Shown here: positions 40,029 to 48,247 of the stretch, one piece after another | Layout: each line of letters starts with the position of its first letter | How positions within the stretch are numbered: the stretch's first letter is position 1 | Position numbers and translations under genes: made by a program | The notes under the pieces: model-generated | The model's input: only the letters and a program-made list of their open reading frames with translations | What the model was told of the DNA's origin: nothing | Databases searched by the model: none | Assembly (NCBI GenBank): GCA_963595625.1 | Contig: CAVBJB010000001.1 | Location: forward strand, 1-50,458 | From: Lachnospiraceae bacterium | Lineage (GTDB): Bacteria; Bacteroidota; Bacteroidia; Flavobacteriales; Flavobacteriaceae | Direction: 5' to 3' | DNA length: 50,458 bases

Positions 40029-40157
40029 ATGGATTTACAAAGTATACTCGCATACAGTATTGTTGGTATAACTGCTGTATATCTTATATATAAGAAAATT
40101 TTTAAAAAGAAGAAAAATAACAACGACTGCGATTCGAACTGCGGTTGCGGAAAATAA
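40029..40157 (+). CDS. FeoB-associated Cys-rich membrane protein (42 aa; absent from the ORF track)
   Basis: MDLQSILAYSIVGITAVYLIYKKIFKKKKNNNDCDSNCGCGK: one TM, Lys run, C-x3-C-x-C; 7 bp after feoB and followed by a terminator. Confidence 0.88.
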   Translation: MDLQSILAYSIVGITAVYLIYKKIFKKKKNNNDCDSNCGCGK

Positions 40158-40186
40158 AAAAAAGGCTGTGTTAAACAGCCTTTTTT
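40158..40186 (+). terminator. Terminator of the feo operon
   Basis: AAAAAAGGCTGT-GTTAA-ACAGCCTTTTTT. Confidence 0.85.
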
Positions 40187-40242
40187 ATTTTTAATTTCAT
40201 TTTTATTAACGTTATTTTGCAAAATATTTAATTTTAACCCTA

Positions 40243-41016
40243 ATGAAATATTTTTCAGTCTATATAACTTTAATAGTAACCTTGTTGTTTTTTGCATGTA
40301 GTAATGACGATTATGCTAACAGAAACTCATTACAAGATTTTGATTATGTATTAGTAGCATCCTCAACAAAACAAACTCCCAACCATACATATACTACAAC
40401 TTACCACTATACAGATTATAAATTAAACCGAATTAATTATAGTATAGACAACAGTTACGATATTTATACCTATACAAACGATCTAATAACCCAAATTGAG
40501 CATTTTAATACAGAAGGTGTAATTACGGAAAGAACTGTTTTTGAATACAACTCAAACAAAGATTTGGTAAGAGAATCGAGTCAAGAGGTTAGAAACGATC
40601 ATGTATTAACTTTTGAGTATGACTATACTTATGTTGATAATAAAACGATAAAAGTTGAATTTAGCTCTCAGGCTGAAAATGGTGTAGTGTATGAATTTGA
40701 AAAGATTATAAATTTAAAAGATCAAGAGATTTTAAATACCGTTTATACATTAAACAATTACACAACAAGTTTTACCTATGACGTGGCTAAAAATCCGTTT
40801 AAAAATATTGAAGGCTATCGTAAATTATATATTAGCGAATATTTTGGTGAAAAAGGTAATTTAAGAAATGTACTAAGCAAAGCTTACGGAAACAAAAAAA
40901 TTGAAAATTTTTATCGTTACAATGTAGAGAATTATCCAACAGAAATTATTGAAAAAAGCTACGAAAACAACACTTTAAAAGATACTGAAATCATTACTTT
41001 TGAGTATGTACAATAA
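40243..41016 (+). CDS. Hypothetical Tyr-rich lipoprotein (YD-like beta-strand repeats)
   Basis: Lipobox FFAC-SNDD, periodic Y-x-Y motifs, FTYD..KNPF. Confidence 0.75.
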   Translation: MKYFSVYITLIVTLLFFACSNDDYANRNSLQDFDYVLVASSTKQTPNHTYTTTYHYTDYKLNRINYSIDNSYDIYTYTNDLITQIEHFNTEGVITERTVFEYNSNKDLVRESSQEVRNDHVLTFEYDYTYVDNKTIKVEFSSQAENGVVYEFEKIINLKDQEILNTVYTLNNYTTSFTYDVAKNPFKNIEGYRKLYISEYFGEKGNLRNVLSKAYGNKKIENFYRYNVENYPTEIIEKSYENNTLKDTEIITFEYVQ

Positions 41017-41020
41017 ATAG

Positions 41021-41055
41021 AAAACGGCTGATGAATTTCATCAGCCGTTTTTTTT
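41021..41055. terminator. Bidirectional terminator between convergent lipoprotein genes
   Basis: AAAACGGCTGATGA-ATT-TCATCAGCCGTTTT. Confidence 0.85.
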
Positions 41056-41497
41056 ATTCGTTATCCTGTGCTACTATTGTTACTTTGTAATCCTGTAAGG
41101 TTAATGGCTCTTTACCAATTTCATTAACTGCAGAACTGTTTATTATTTTATAGATATACTTAGAGTTATTTGTGTCTAAAAAAGAATTTACCCAATCTAG
41201 ATCTGCTGGTGAAACGTTTGTTAAATCTAACGTACGTTCTCCAATACGTGTATTGTCTTGGTAAGCTCCTAGCTTAACTACTAATTTACCTTCCCAAACG
41301 CATTTTGCATTGATTGGACATCTAGAATCCTCGATAACTTCAAATATTTTAAAAGGATGTGTTGCTGCATCTACAATTTTTTGTTTTGTAATTTTTTCTC
41401 CGTTTAGGTTTGTAAAAGTCTCGGTTTTAGACTTTGTAGTGTTGCACGAAAAATTTAAAATAAGGGTAGCTATGATTAGGTTTCTTATAATCTTCAT
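41054..41497 (-). CDS. Hypothetical lipoprotein with a DSRCP-x4-CVWEG motif
   Basis: Lipobox NFSC; EDSRCPINAKCVWEG. Confidence 0.8.
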   Translation of the reverse strand: MKIIRNLIIATLILNFSCNTTKSKTETFTNLNGEKITKQKIVDAATHPFKIFEVIEDSRCPINAKCVWEGKLVVKLGAYQDNTRIGERTLDLTNVSPADLDWVNSFLDTNNSKYIYKIINSSAVNEIGKEPLTLQDYKVTIVAQDNE

Positions 41498-41552
41498 GAT
41501 TAAACAGCTATTGGTTTTAATTAAAGATACTAAATTTTATTTTACGCGGAGC

Positions 41553-41672
41553 GCGTTAGCGATGGAAGCCTTGTTTGAGCTCCTTTTTATGTAATGTAAT
41601 GGAATAAAAAGAGCGAGGGCGTACAGCGCGACCTGTAAAAAACGACGGTAGGAGTTTTTGTGCAGGGAACGC
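41553..41672 (+). repeat. 120-bp structured repeat, copy A (three-way-junction form)
   Basis: Near-identical inverted copy at 45513-45632; shares outer stem and third hairpin with 48034-48157. Confidence 0.9.
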
Positions 41673-41681
41673 CAAAGGTAC

Positions 41682-42503
41682 TTATCCTAAGGCTACGTCG
41701 AGCATCATCATAACCACAAAACCGGCTATTAAACCTAGGGTGGCAATGTCGTTGTGTCCGTTTTGTTGGGTTTCTGGGATTACCTCCTCTACAACAACAA
41801 AGATCATGGCTCCGGCTGCAAAGGCTAGGGCATAGGGTAAAATAGGGGTAAAAAACGCTACCGATAGTGCTCCTAAAACTCCGGCAACGGGCTCTACTAA
41901 GGCTGATGCTTGGCCGTAAATAAAACTTTTTTTACGGCTCATACCCATACGTCGTAGCGGCATGGCTACTGCGATACCTTCTGGGAGATTTTGTAAACCA
42001 ATTCCTATAGCTAATGTTACAGCTCCGGCTATGGTTGCCTCTGGGATTCCGGCTGCAACACCACCAAAAAGTACACCTACTGCTAATCCCTCGGGGATGT
42101 TGTGCAGGGTTATGGCTAATACTAAAAGGGTTGTTTTTTGCCATCCCGATTTTACACCTTCGGCAGTGGTTTCGTCGTGGTTTAAATGCAAATGCGGAAG
42201 TAATTTATCTAATGCAAATAAAAATAAAGCTCCGGCTAAAAAGCCCAAAGCGGCTGGTGTTACTTTTGCAAATCCTTCTCCTGGTGACATGTTGATGGCG
42301 GGTGCCAATAAGCTCCAAAAGCTAGCAGCTATCATAACTCCGCCGGTAAAACCTAACATTCCGTCAAGCACCGTTTGGTTTAATTTTTTAAAAAACAAAA
42401 CCGTTGAGGCTCCTAATGCGGTTAAAAACCATGTAAAAAGTGTAGCGTATAAAGCAGCTAAAACGGGTGATATGCTGGAAAAATATGCGATTATTTGGTC
42501 CAT
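41682..42503 (-). CDS. ZIP (ZupT/GufA-like) divalent metal transporter
   Basis: LHNIPEGLAVG, QNLPEG, AAGAMIFVV.EE.IPE, His loop PHLHLNH. Confidence 0.93.
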   Translation of the reverse strand: MDQIIAYFSSISPVLAALYATLFTWFLTALGASTVLFFKKLNQTVLDGMLGFTGGVMIAASFWSLLAPAINMSPGEGFAKVTPAALGFLAGALFLFALDKLLPHLHLNHDETTAEGVKSGWQKTTLLVLAITLHNIPEGLAVGVLFGGVAAGIPEATIAGAVTLAIGIGLQNLPEGIAVAMPLRRMGMSRKKSFIYGQASALVEPVAGVLGALSVAFFTPILPYALAFAAGAMIFVVVEEVIPETQQNGHNDIATLGLIAGFVVMMMLDVALG

Positions 42504-43150
42504 TATTTTACGTATAAGTTAGAGGCTATTTTATTGGAAAGCATAAGTTCTTGATTGTTAAAGTGTATGGTTAAAGACAAATCAAAATCTTCTTTATGCG
42601 TTACTGTTATTTCTGTTCCTAAAGCTATGTTATACTTATTAAGGTATTGCAAAAATTCGGACGATGTATCTTTAACGCCTACGCAAATTAGTTTGGTTTG
42701 AAGGGGCGCATCAGACAATAAAAACTTCTCGATCTTTATGATCTCACCGTTTCTATCCGGGATTGGATCTCCATGCGGGTCATGCGTTGGGAATCCTAAA
42801 AACTCGTCTAACCTGTTAAACAATTGCTCGGATTTTATATGCTCTAAATCCTCTGCAACTGCGTGTACCTCATCCCAAGAAAACTTGAGTTTATCAACTA
42901 AAAACACTTCCCATAAACGGTGTTTTCTGATAATCATTTTGGCTTCACGCTGGCCAAGGTCTGTTATTTTTACTCCTTGGTAACGCTGGTAATCAATTAA
43001 ATTTTTGTCTGCCAGTTTTTTTATCATATCGGTAACTGACGAGGCTTTGGTTACCATTGTTTCTGCAATAGCGTTTGTTGTTACACCTTTAGGTGATGCT
43101 TGGTATAGGTGATATATAACTTTTAGGTAATTCTCTTCGGACTGGGTCAT
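42503..43150 (-). CDS. mntR: DtxR/MntR-family metal-dependent repressor with a C-terminal FeoA domain
   Basis: SEENYLK, RKHRLWEVFL, AEDLEH, DPHGDPIP. Confidence 0.9.
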   Translation of the reverse strand: MTQSEENYLKVIYHLYQASPKGVTTNAIAETMVTKASSVTDMIKKLADKNLIDYQRYQGVKITDLGQREAKMIIRKHRLWEVFLVDKLKFSWDEVHAVAEDLEHIKSEQLFNRLDEFLGFPTHDPHGDPIPDRNGEIIKIEKFLLSDAPLQTKLICVGVKDTSSEFLQYLNKYNIALGTEITVTHKEDFDLSLTIHFNNQELMLSNKIASNLYVK

Positions 43151-43197
43151 TCTATTTAATTTTAAACAAATATAATCTTTTTTATTTCAAAAAATAT

Positions 43198-43215
43198 TTT
43201 TAGGTTTGTCTAAAA
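43198..43215. promoter_or_regulatory. DtxR/MntR-type operator TTTTAG-GTTTGT-CTAAAA between divergent mntR and TBDR
   Basis: Inverted repeat resembling DtxR-family TTAGG..CCTAA boxes, next to the mntR TATATTTG element at 43167-43174 (minus strand). Confidence 0.7.
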
Positions 43216-43240
43216 TATAAAAAAGATAAATCTAAAGTAA

Positions 43241-45484
43241 ATGAAAATCAATTATATACTCCTTTTATTGTTTTTGATATCCTATACTATAAATGCACAA
43301 AGTCAAATTTCCGGAACCGTACAATTTGATAAACAACCCCTACAGTATGCAGAAGTTTATTTGGATGATCAACAAAAAGTTACAAATGAGACGGGAAAAT
43401 ACAGTTTTAAAAATTTAAAATCGGGGCCTTATACCTTATCGGTTCGCTTTATTGGTTTTAAAACCATTACAAAAAAAATTGTGCTTAAAGAAAATCAAGA
43501 ACTTATAGCAAATTTTGAGTTAGAGGAAGAAATATTAGACGAGGTTGTGGTTTCTGCAACCATGAGAAATGTCAGCAGAATTGATAGCCCAATGCCTGTG
43601 GATATAATTAGCAAGCAATTTTTCTTAAAAAATCCTACGGCTAATATTTTTGAGGGTTTGCAAAACGTAAATGGAGTTAAACCTCAAATAAATTGTAGTG
43701 TATGTAATACAGGGGATATACATATTAACGGGTTAGAGGGACCTTATACCATGATTTTAATAGACGGGATGCCCATTGTTAGTGGTCTTTCTACTGTTTA
43801 TGGATTGTCTGGAATTCCTAATTCGTTAATAGAAAGGGTCGAAATTGTAAAAGGTCCTGCATCCTCATTGTATGGATCAGAAGCTATTGGAGGGTTAATT
43901 AATGTTATCACTAAGGATCCTTTAAAGGCGCCTCGTTTTTCGGCAGATATTTTTTCTACCTCTTGGGCCGAGACTAATTTAGATCTAGGTTACACCACTA
44001 AAGTGGGCAAGTTTGCAAACGTTTTAACTGGTGTAAATGCCTTTTATTACGACACACCTATAGATAACAACAACGATAATTTTACAGATTTAACCTTACA
44101 AAAAAGAGCCTCAGTTTTCCAGAAATGGGATTTTAAACGCAAATCAGGTAAAGCATTTTCTATAGCCGGGCGCTATTTTTATGAGGACCGCTGGGGCGGA
44201 GAAATGCAATGGAACAAAACATATAGGGGAGGAGATGTTGTATACGGAGAAAGTATATATACCAACAGGTACGAGGTTTTAGGAACCTATGAGTTTAATA
44301 CCCAATTCCCAATTAAAGCAAACTTTTCGTACACCAACCACGATCAAAACTCAGTGTATGGTACCACTCGTTACTTAGCAAAGCAAAACATTGCTTTTGG
44401 GCAATTTATACACAACAAACAATATGGTAAAAACGAGGTTTTAATAGGAACCGCGTTAAGATATAATTATTACAACGACAATACCACCGCAACACTAAAG
44501 GCAGACAAATACATTATGCCTAGTATTTTTGTACAAAACGATTATCAACTTAGTACCAAACAAAATATACTATTAGGAGCCCGTTACGATTATAATTCCA
44601 ATCACGGCAACATATTTACGCCACGCATAGCCTATAGATACAAATTCACAGATTTTGATGTATTTAGAATAAATGCAGGAACGGGATTTAGAGTTGTAAA
44701 CCTATTTACAGAAGATCATGCAGCCTTAACCGGAGCCCGAGAAGTTATAATTGTAGATCAATTAAAGCCAGAAAAATCATATAATATAAATCTAAATTAC
44801 CTAAAAAAAATATACGGAGATACAGGTAATTATTACAGCCTGGAGGCTAGTGCATGGTACACCCATTTTACAAACTCTATCATCCCAGATTACGACACCA
44901 ATCCTAATCAAATTATTTATGACAATTTAAAAGGGAAAGCCGTATCTAAAGGGATTAGTTTAAATGCTGACGCCACATTTACAAACGGTCTTAAAACCAT
45001 GCTTGGCGTAACATTTATGGATGTAAACAAAACCGAAAACGGAAATACAACCCGCCAAATGTTAACCGAGCAATTTACCGGAACCTGGACCATAAGCTAC
45101 GACATACCCAAAACAAAAATAAGTATAGACTACACCGGTAACCTTTACGGAGGCATGCGTTTACCCACTCTTGGCCCTCTAGATCCGCGTAGATCCTATT
45201 CCAAACCGTTCTCCATACAAAACATACAAGTAACCTACAAAGGTTTAAAAAATCTTGAATTTTATGGCGGGGTAAAAAACCTTTTAAATTGGACCGTAAA
45301 CAAAGGCAATCCGTTTGTCATTGCCCGATCTCATGACCCGTTTGATCGTGGCGTGGATTTTGACACTAACGGAAACGCCATCCCAACACCAACCAACCCG
45401 TACGGCCTAACTTTTGATCCTACGTATAGCTACGGCACCAATCAAGGCATACGCGGCTTTGTAGGACTTAGATACACCTTATAA
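43241..45484 (+). CDS. TonB-dependent receptor (N-terminal CarboxypepD-like domain), probably metal uptake
   Basis: Signal peptide, LDEVVVSA TonB box, IERVEIVKGPASSLYGSEAIGG plug motif, C-terminal GLRYTL. Confidence 0.92.
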   Translation: MKINYILLLLFLISYTINAQSQISGTVQFDKQPLQYAEVYLDDQQKVTNETGKYSFKNLKSGPYTLSVRFIGFKTITKKIVLKENQELIANFELEEEILDEVVVSATMRNVSRIDSPMPVDIISKQFFLKNPTANIFEGLQNVNGVKPQINCSVCNTGDIHINGLEGPYTMILIDGMPIVSGLSTVYGLSGIPNSLIERVEIVKGPASSLYGSEAIGGLINVITKDPLKAPRFSADIFSTSWAETNLDLGYTTKVGKFANVLTGVNAFYYDTPIDNNNDNFTDLTLQKRASVFQKWDFKRKSGKAFSIAGRYFYEDRWGGEMQWNKTYRGGDVVYGESIYTNRYEVLGTYEFNTQFPIKANFSYTNHDQNSVYGTTRYLAKQNIAFGQFIHNKQYGKNEVLIGTALRYNYYNDNTTATLKADKYIMPSIFVQNDYQLSTKQNILLGARYDYNSNHGNIFTPRIAYRYKFTDFDVFRINAGTGFRVVNLFTEDHAALTGAREVIIVDQLKPEKSYNINLNYLKKIYGDTGNYYSLEASAWYTHFTNSIIPDYDTNPNQIIYDNLKGKAVSKGISLNADATFTNGLKTMLGVTFMDVNKTENGNTTRQMLTEQFTGTWTISYDIPKTKISIDYTGNLYGGMRLPTLGPLDPRRSYSKPFSIQNIQVTYKGLKNLEFYGGVKNLLNWTVNKGNPFVIARSHDPFDRGVDFDTNGNAIPTPTNPYGLTFDPTYSYGTNQGIRGFVGLRYTL

Positions 45485-45512
45485 AACTAGTTTAAACTAA
45501 CTAATAATTTGG

Positions 45513-45632
45513 GCATTCCGCTACAAAAACTCCTACCGTCGTTTTTTAGCGGTCGCGCTTTTCGCACTCGCTCTTTTTACTCCATTACATTACATAAAAA
45601 GGAGCTCAAACAAATGCTACAATCGCTAATGC
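45513..45632 (-). repeat. 120-bp structured repeat, copy B (inverted relative to copy A)
   Basis: Reverse complement aligns end to end with 41553-41672. Confidence 0.9.
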
Positions 45633-45636
45633 AAAT

Positions 45637-45668
45637 AAAAAAGGCTGTCTATAAAGACAGCCTTTTTT
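45637..45668. terminator. Bidirectional terminator
   Basis: AAAAAAGGCTGTCT-ATAA-AGACAGCCTTTTTT. Confidence 0.85.
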
Positions 45669-45670
45669 AT

Positions 45671-46429
45671 TTATTTTTTAATGAATTTTAGAGATCCTTT
45701 ATTTTCTAATGAAATCAAATAAACTCCACTTTGTAATTCTTGTGTTATAATTTGCTGATTCACATCAACACTTCCTTTTTTAACCTTACTACCTAGAGTA
45801 TTATAAATCTCATATTTTGTAGGTTTGTCAATTGCCTTAACTTGTATATAATCTCGGGCTGGATTTGGATAAATACTGATTTGACTATGTTTTTCCAACG
45901 AATCTATGGAAAGCGTGTTACCGCAATCTAATCCTAAATAATAATTTCCTATACCGCCTATGCCTCCAGTTGAAAATAAAAAGTTAGATGCATTATCAGG
46001 AATTATATCTCCAAAATTTAAATAATAAGCATAAACTACACTATTAGCATCAAATTCTTTATTAATATGTATATCTGATTCTTCAAATACAGCCATAATC
46101 CAGTAATCTCCAGGTGATAATAACGTAGGAGTTACTGATAATGAAACCTCTCCAGATAGTACATTACCAATAATACTAGAAACAATTAAATTATTAGGAG
46201 CCCCATTATTGTCTGAATATAGCGCCATTTGAACTCTACTATTAGTACCATTACCAATTAAATTTAAAGATCTTAAAGTACTTTCTTGACTTAATGACAG
46301 CTTAAATCCAGAAATTACATTTGAATGAGTAATATTTTGAACGGTACAATTTTTATAGCCTAAATCACAATTTTGACCCTGACAAATTAATGTTAATAAA
46401 AGCGTGAATAATAAGTAAATTTTTTTCAT
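45671..46429 (-). CDS. Small T9SS type A sorting-domain secreted protein
   Basis: MKKIY signal peptide; C-terminal IYPNP...IYNTLG...LQSGVYLI...KFIKK. Confidence 0.9.
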   Translation of the reverse strand: MKKIYLLFTLLLTLICQGQNCDLGYKNCTVQNITHSNVISGFKLSLSQESTLRSLNLIGNGTNSRVQMALYSDNNGAPNNLIVSSIIGNVLSGEVSLSVTPTLLSPGDYWIMAVFEESDIHINKEFDANSVVYAYYLNFGDIIPDNASNFLFSTGGIGGIGNYYLGLDCGNTLSIDSLEKHSQISIYPNPARDYIQVKAIDKPTKYEIYNTLGSKVKKGSVDVNQQIITQELQSGVYLISLENKGSLKFIKK

Positions 46430-46565
46430 AATAAGAATTTTTTAGATATGAAAACCTAACGAATCCTTAACAAAATTGAATATTTCTTAAATCATTAATT
46501 CGTTTAAATGAATATTAAAATAGATATATATACCATTTAAGACATTTTTCTTGTTAAAACTCAAC

Positions 46566-47171
46566 TTACTTTTTATAGTACGAAGTGTTTTTAAAATCTT
46601 TTATTAAACGTTTATATGTTTTGTTTAATATTTTTTTGGAGTTACTCGAAAAGTTAATTTTATTATCATCAATTCCTCTGCTTGCTGTTCCTGTAATTTT
46701 TTGGTTGTAAACCTCCTCTAACGTATTTAAATCGTAAACCACCATAGCAAAATAACTTTGGTTGGATTCTTCCATTTCAATCTGTCTCATACTGTTATCA
46801 AACCCCACAGAACCTAATTTATTAGAAACTTCTTTACCACGCATCAATATTAAATAGTCTTGCTGAGTTGCAATTTTTAAACTTTTTAAAGTCTCTTTAG
46901 ATACGGGTAAAGTTAACTGCATAGGGAAACCCATGTTGTTAGCTCGAGGGAAATAGGTAAAGCGAGAGTCAAAAATAGCTGTAAAATCCTGAATGGCTAA
47001 GGTTTCAAAATCATAATGATAGGCTTTGGCAGCATCTAATTTATATAACAACCAGTTACCAGATGTAAAATCCAATTGTCCTTTGGCATAGCTGTTTTCT
47101 TTTAAAATACTTGTCATTGAACAGGCAGATAATAAAAGGGCGGAAAGGAGTAGAAGTAGGGCTTTTTTCAT
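46566..47171 (-). CDS. Hypothetical lipoprotein
   Basis: Lipobox LSAC; 201-aa ORF. Confidence 0.75.
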   Translation of the reverse strand: MKKALLLLLSALLLSACSMTSILKENSYAKGQLDFTSGNWLLYKLDAAKAYHYDFETLAIQDFTAIFDSRFTYFPRANNMGFPMQLTLPVSKETLKSLKIATQQDYLILMRGKEVSNKLGSVGFDNSMRQIEMEESNQSYFAMVVYDLNTLEEVYNQKITGTASRGIDDNKINFSSNSKKILNKTYKRLIKDFKNTSYYKK

Positions 47172-47222
47172 AATTTTAATTAATGGGATAATTTTTATGA
47201 AAGATAGCGATTAATCTAAAAC

Positions 47223-47254
47223 AAAAAAACCTCCAGATTACTCTGAAGGTTTTT
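47223..47254 (-). terminator. Terminator downstream of tRNA-Cys
   Basis: AAAAAAACCTCCAGA-TTAC-TCTGAAGGTTTTT. Confidence 0.75.
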
Positions 47255-47255
47255 G

Positions 47256-47326
47256 AGGCATCTAGCGGATTCGAACCGCTGTTGACGGTTTTGCAGACCG
47301 CTTCCTAGCCACTCGGACAAGATGCC
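47256..47326 (-). tRNA. tRNA-Cys (GCA), CCA not encoded
   Basis: Minus strand GGCATCT/AGATGCC acceptor stem with U discriminator, GCGGT-CTGCAAA-ACCGT anticodon arm, AGCGG-TTCGAAT-CCGCT T arm. Confidence 0.96.
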
Positions 47327-47402
47327 CTTTGTTATTTCGACTGCAAATATAGGACTGTTTTTTTAAAAACCAAACAGTTTATTGGTAAAAATCGGAATAA
47401 AA

Positions 47403-47759
47403 TTAACGTGTTTGCTCTAAAACAACTGTAACTCGCTCAACATCACCACCAATAGGAGGATTAATTTTTGATACTTCAACCAAAGTTTTTTCTACTAGAG
47501 GAATTTCAGCTAAAATACGAGTGTTGATTCGTTTGGCAACATGCTCTAATAATTTAGAACGAATAGCCATTTCCTCGCAAACAATTTTGTTTAAATGTAC
47601 GTAATCAACCGTATCAATTAACTCGTCCGTATCACACGATTGCGAAAAATCGGCATGAATTTCTAAATCTACTGAATAGTCTGAACCTATTTTACTTTCC
47701 TCAACCAAGCAGCCGTGGTTAGAGAAAATTCGAATATTTTTTAAACGGATGATTCCCAT
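47403..47759 (-). CDS. folB: Dihydroneopterin aldolase
   Basis: NHGCLVEE, DTVDY, LLEHVA, KINPP. Confidence 0.94.
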   Translation of the reverse strand: MGIIRLKNIRIFSNHGCLVEESKIGSDYSVDLEIHADFSQSCDTDELIDTVDYVHLNKIVCEEMAIRSKLLEHVAKRINTRILAEIPLVEKTLVEVSKINPPIGGDVERVTVVLEQTR

Positions 47760-47810
47760 TTTGTATTAATTATTGTTTTTAAGTAAGCCAAAGGTAAGGA
47801 TTTTTATATA

Positions 47811-48027
47811 TAAGATAAGAGATTGAGATGTTAGATTTAAAGTTGTTAGATATTAAGGTTTAAGTTATAAGGCTTAAGTTATAAGACTTAAGTTATAAGG
47901 TAGAATTTTTTGTTATTAGTATTTAATGATATTCTCTTTTATCTTTACTCTTTTATCTTTACTCTTTTATCTTTACTCTTTACTCTTTTCTCTTTTCTCT
48001 TTTTTCTGACTTCTGACTTCTGATCTC
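47811..48027. repeat. Two opposed tracts of degenerate 7-bp tandem repeats
   Basis: Left arm GGTTTAA/GTTATAA/GGCTTAA/GTTATAA/GACTTAA/GTTATAA; right arm (TCTTTTA TCTTTAC)x3, TCTTTTC x2, TCTGACT x2. Confidence 0.85.
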
Positions 48028-48033
48028 TTTTTT

Positions 48034-48157
48034 GCATGAGGGATAGAGGCGGTATCCTTTGGTTTAAAATGGAGTTTACGGAATTTTTAAAACCAAAGAT
48101 TAAGCCGAAAGCCCGACCTATAAAAAACGACGGTAGGAGTTTTTGTATAGGGCATGC
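48034..48157 (+). repeat. Structured repeat copy C (Flavo-1-like core inside the three-way-junction frame)
   Basis: GCATG-A-GGG-ATAGA-GGC-GGT-ATCCTTTGG...CCAAAGAT-TAA-GCC-GAAAG-CCC-GA-CCTATA...TATAGG-G-CATGC. Confidence 0.85.
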
Positions 48158-48247
48158 CCTAAAGAATTAAAAAGTATGTATTTAGGTTTATAAGATGTTT
48201 AGTAAATGAAGAAAATTTGGTAAATTTGTAGTCTTAATTCAAGAAAA

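Noticed and set aside
40022..40297. 91-aa minus-strand ORF
   Set aside because: Antisense to the Cys-rich small gene and crosses a terminator
41962..42522. 186-aa plus-strand ORF
   Set aside because: Antisense shadow of the ZIP transporter
45509..45691. 60-aa ORF (and 41310-41594)
   Set aside because: Translation of the structured repeat and terminator; no coding features
40243..47256. tRNA-Cys-anchored genomic island or prophage
   Set aside because: No integrase, no duplicated tRNA 3' end seen and no phage genes; only accessory-looking content
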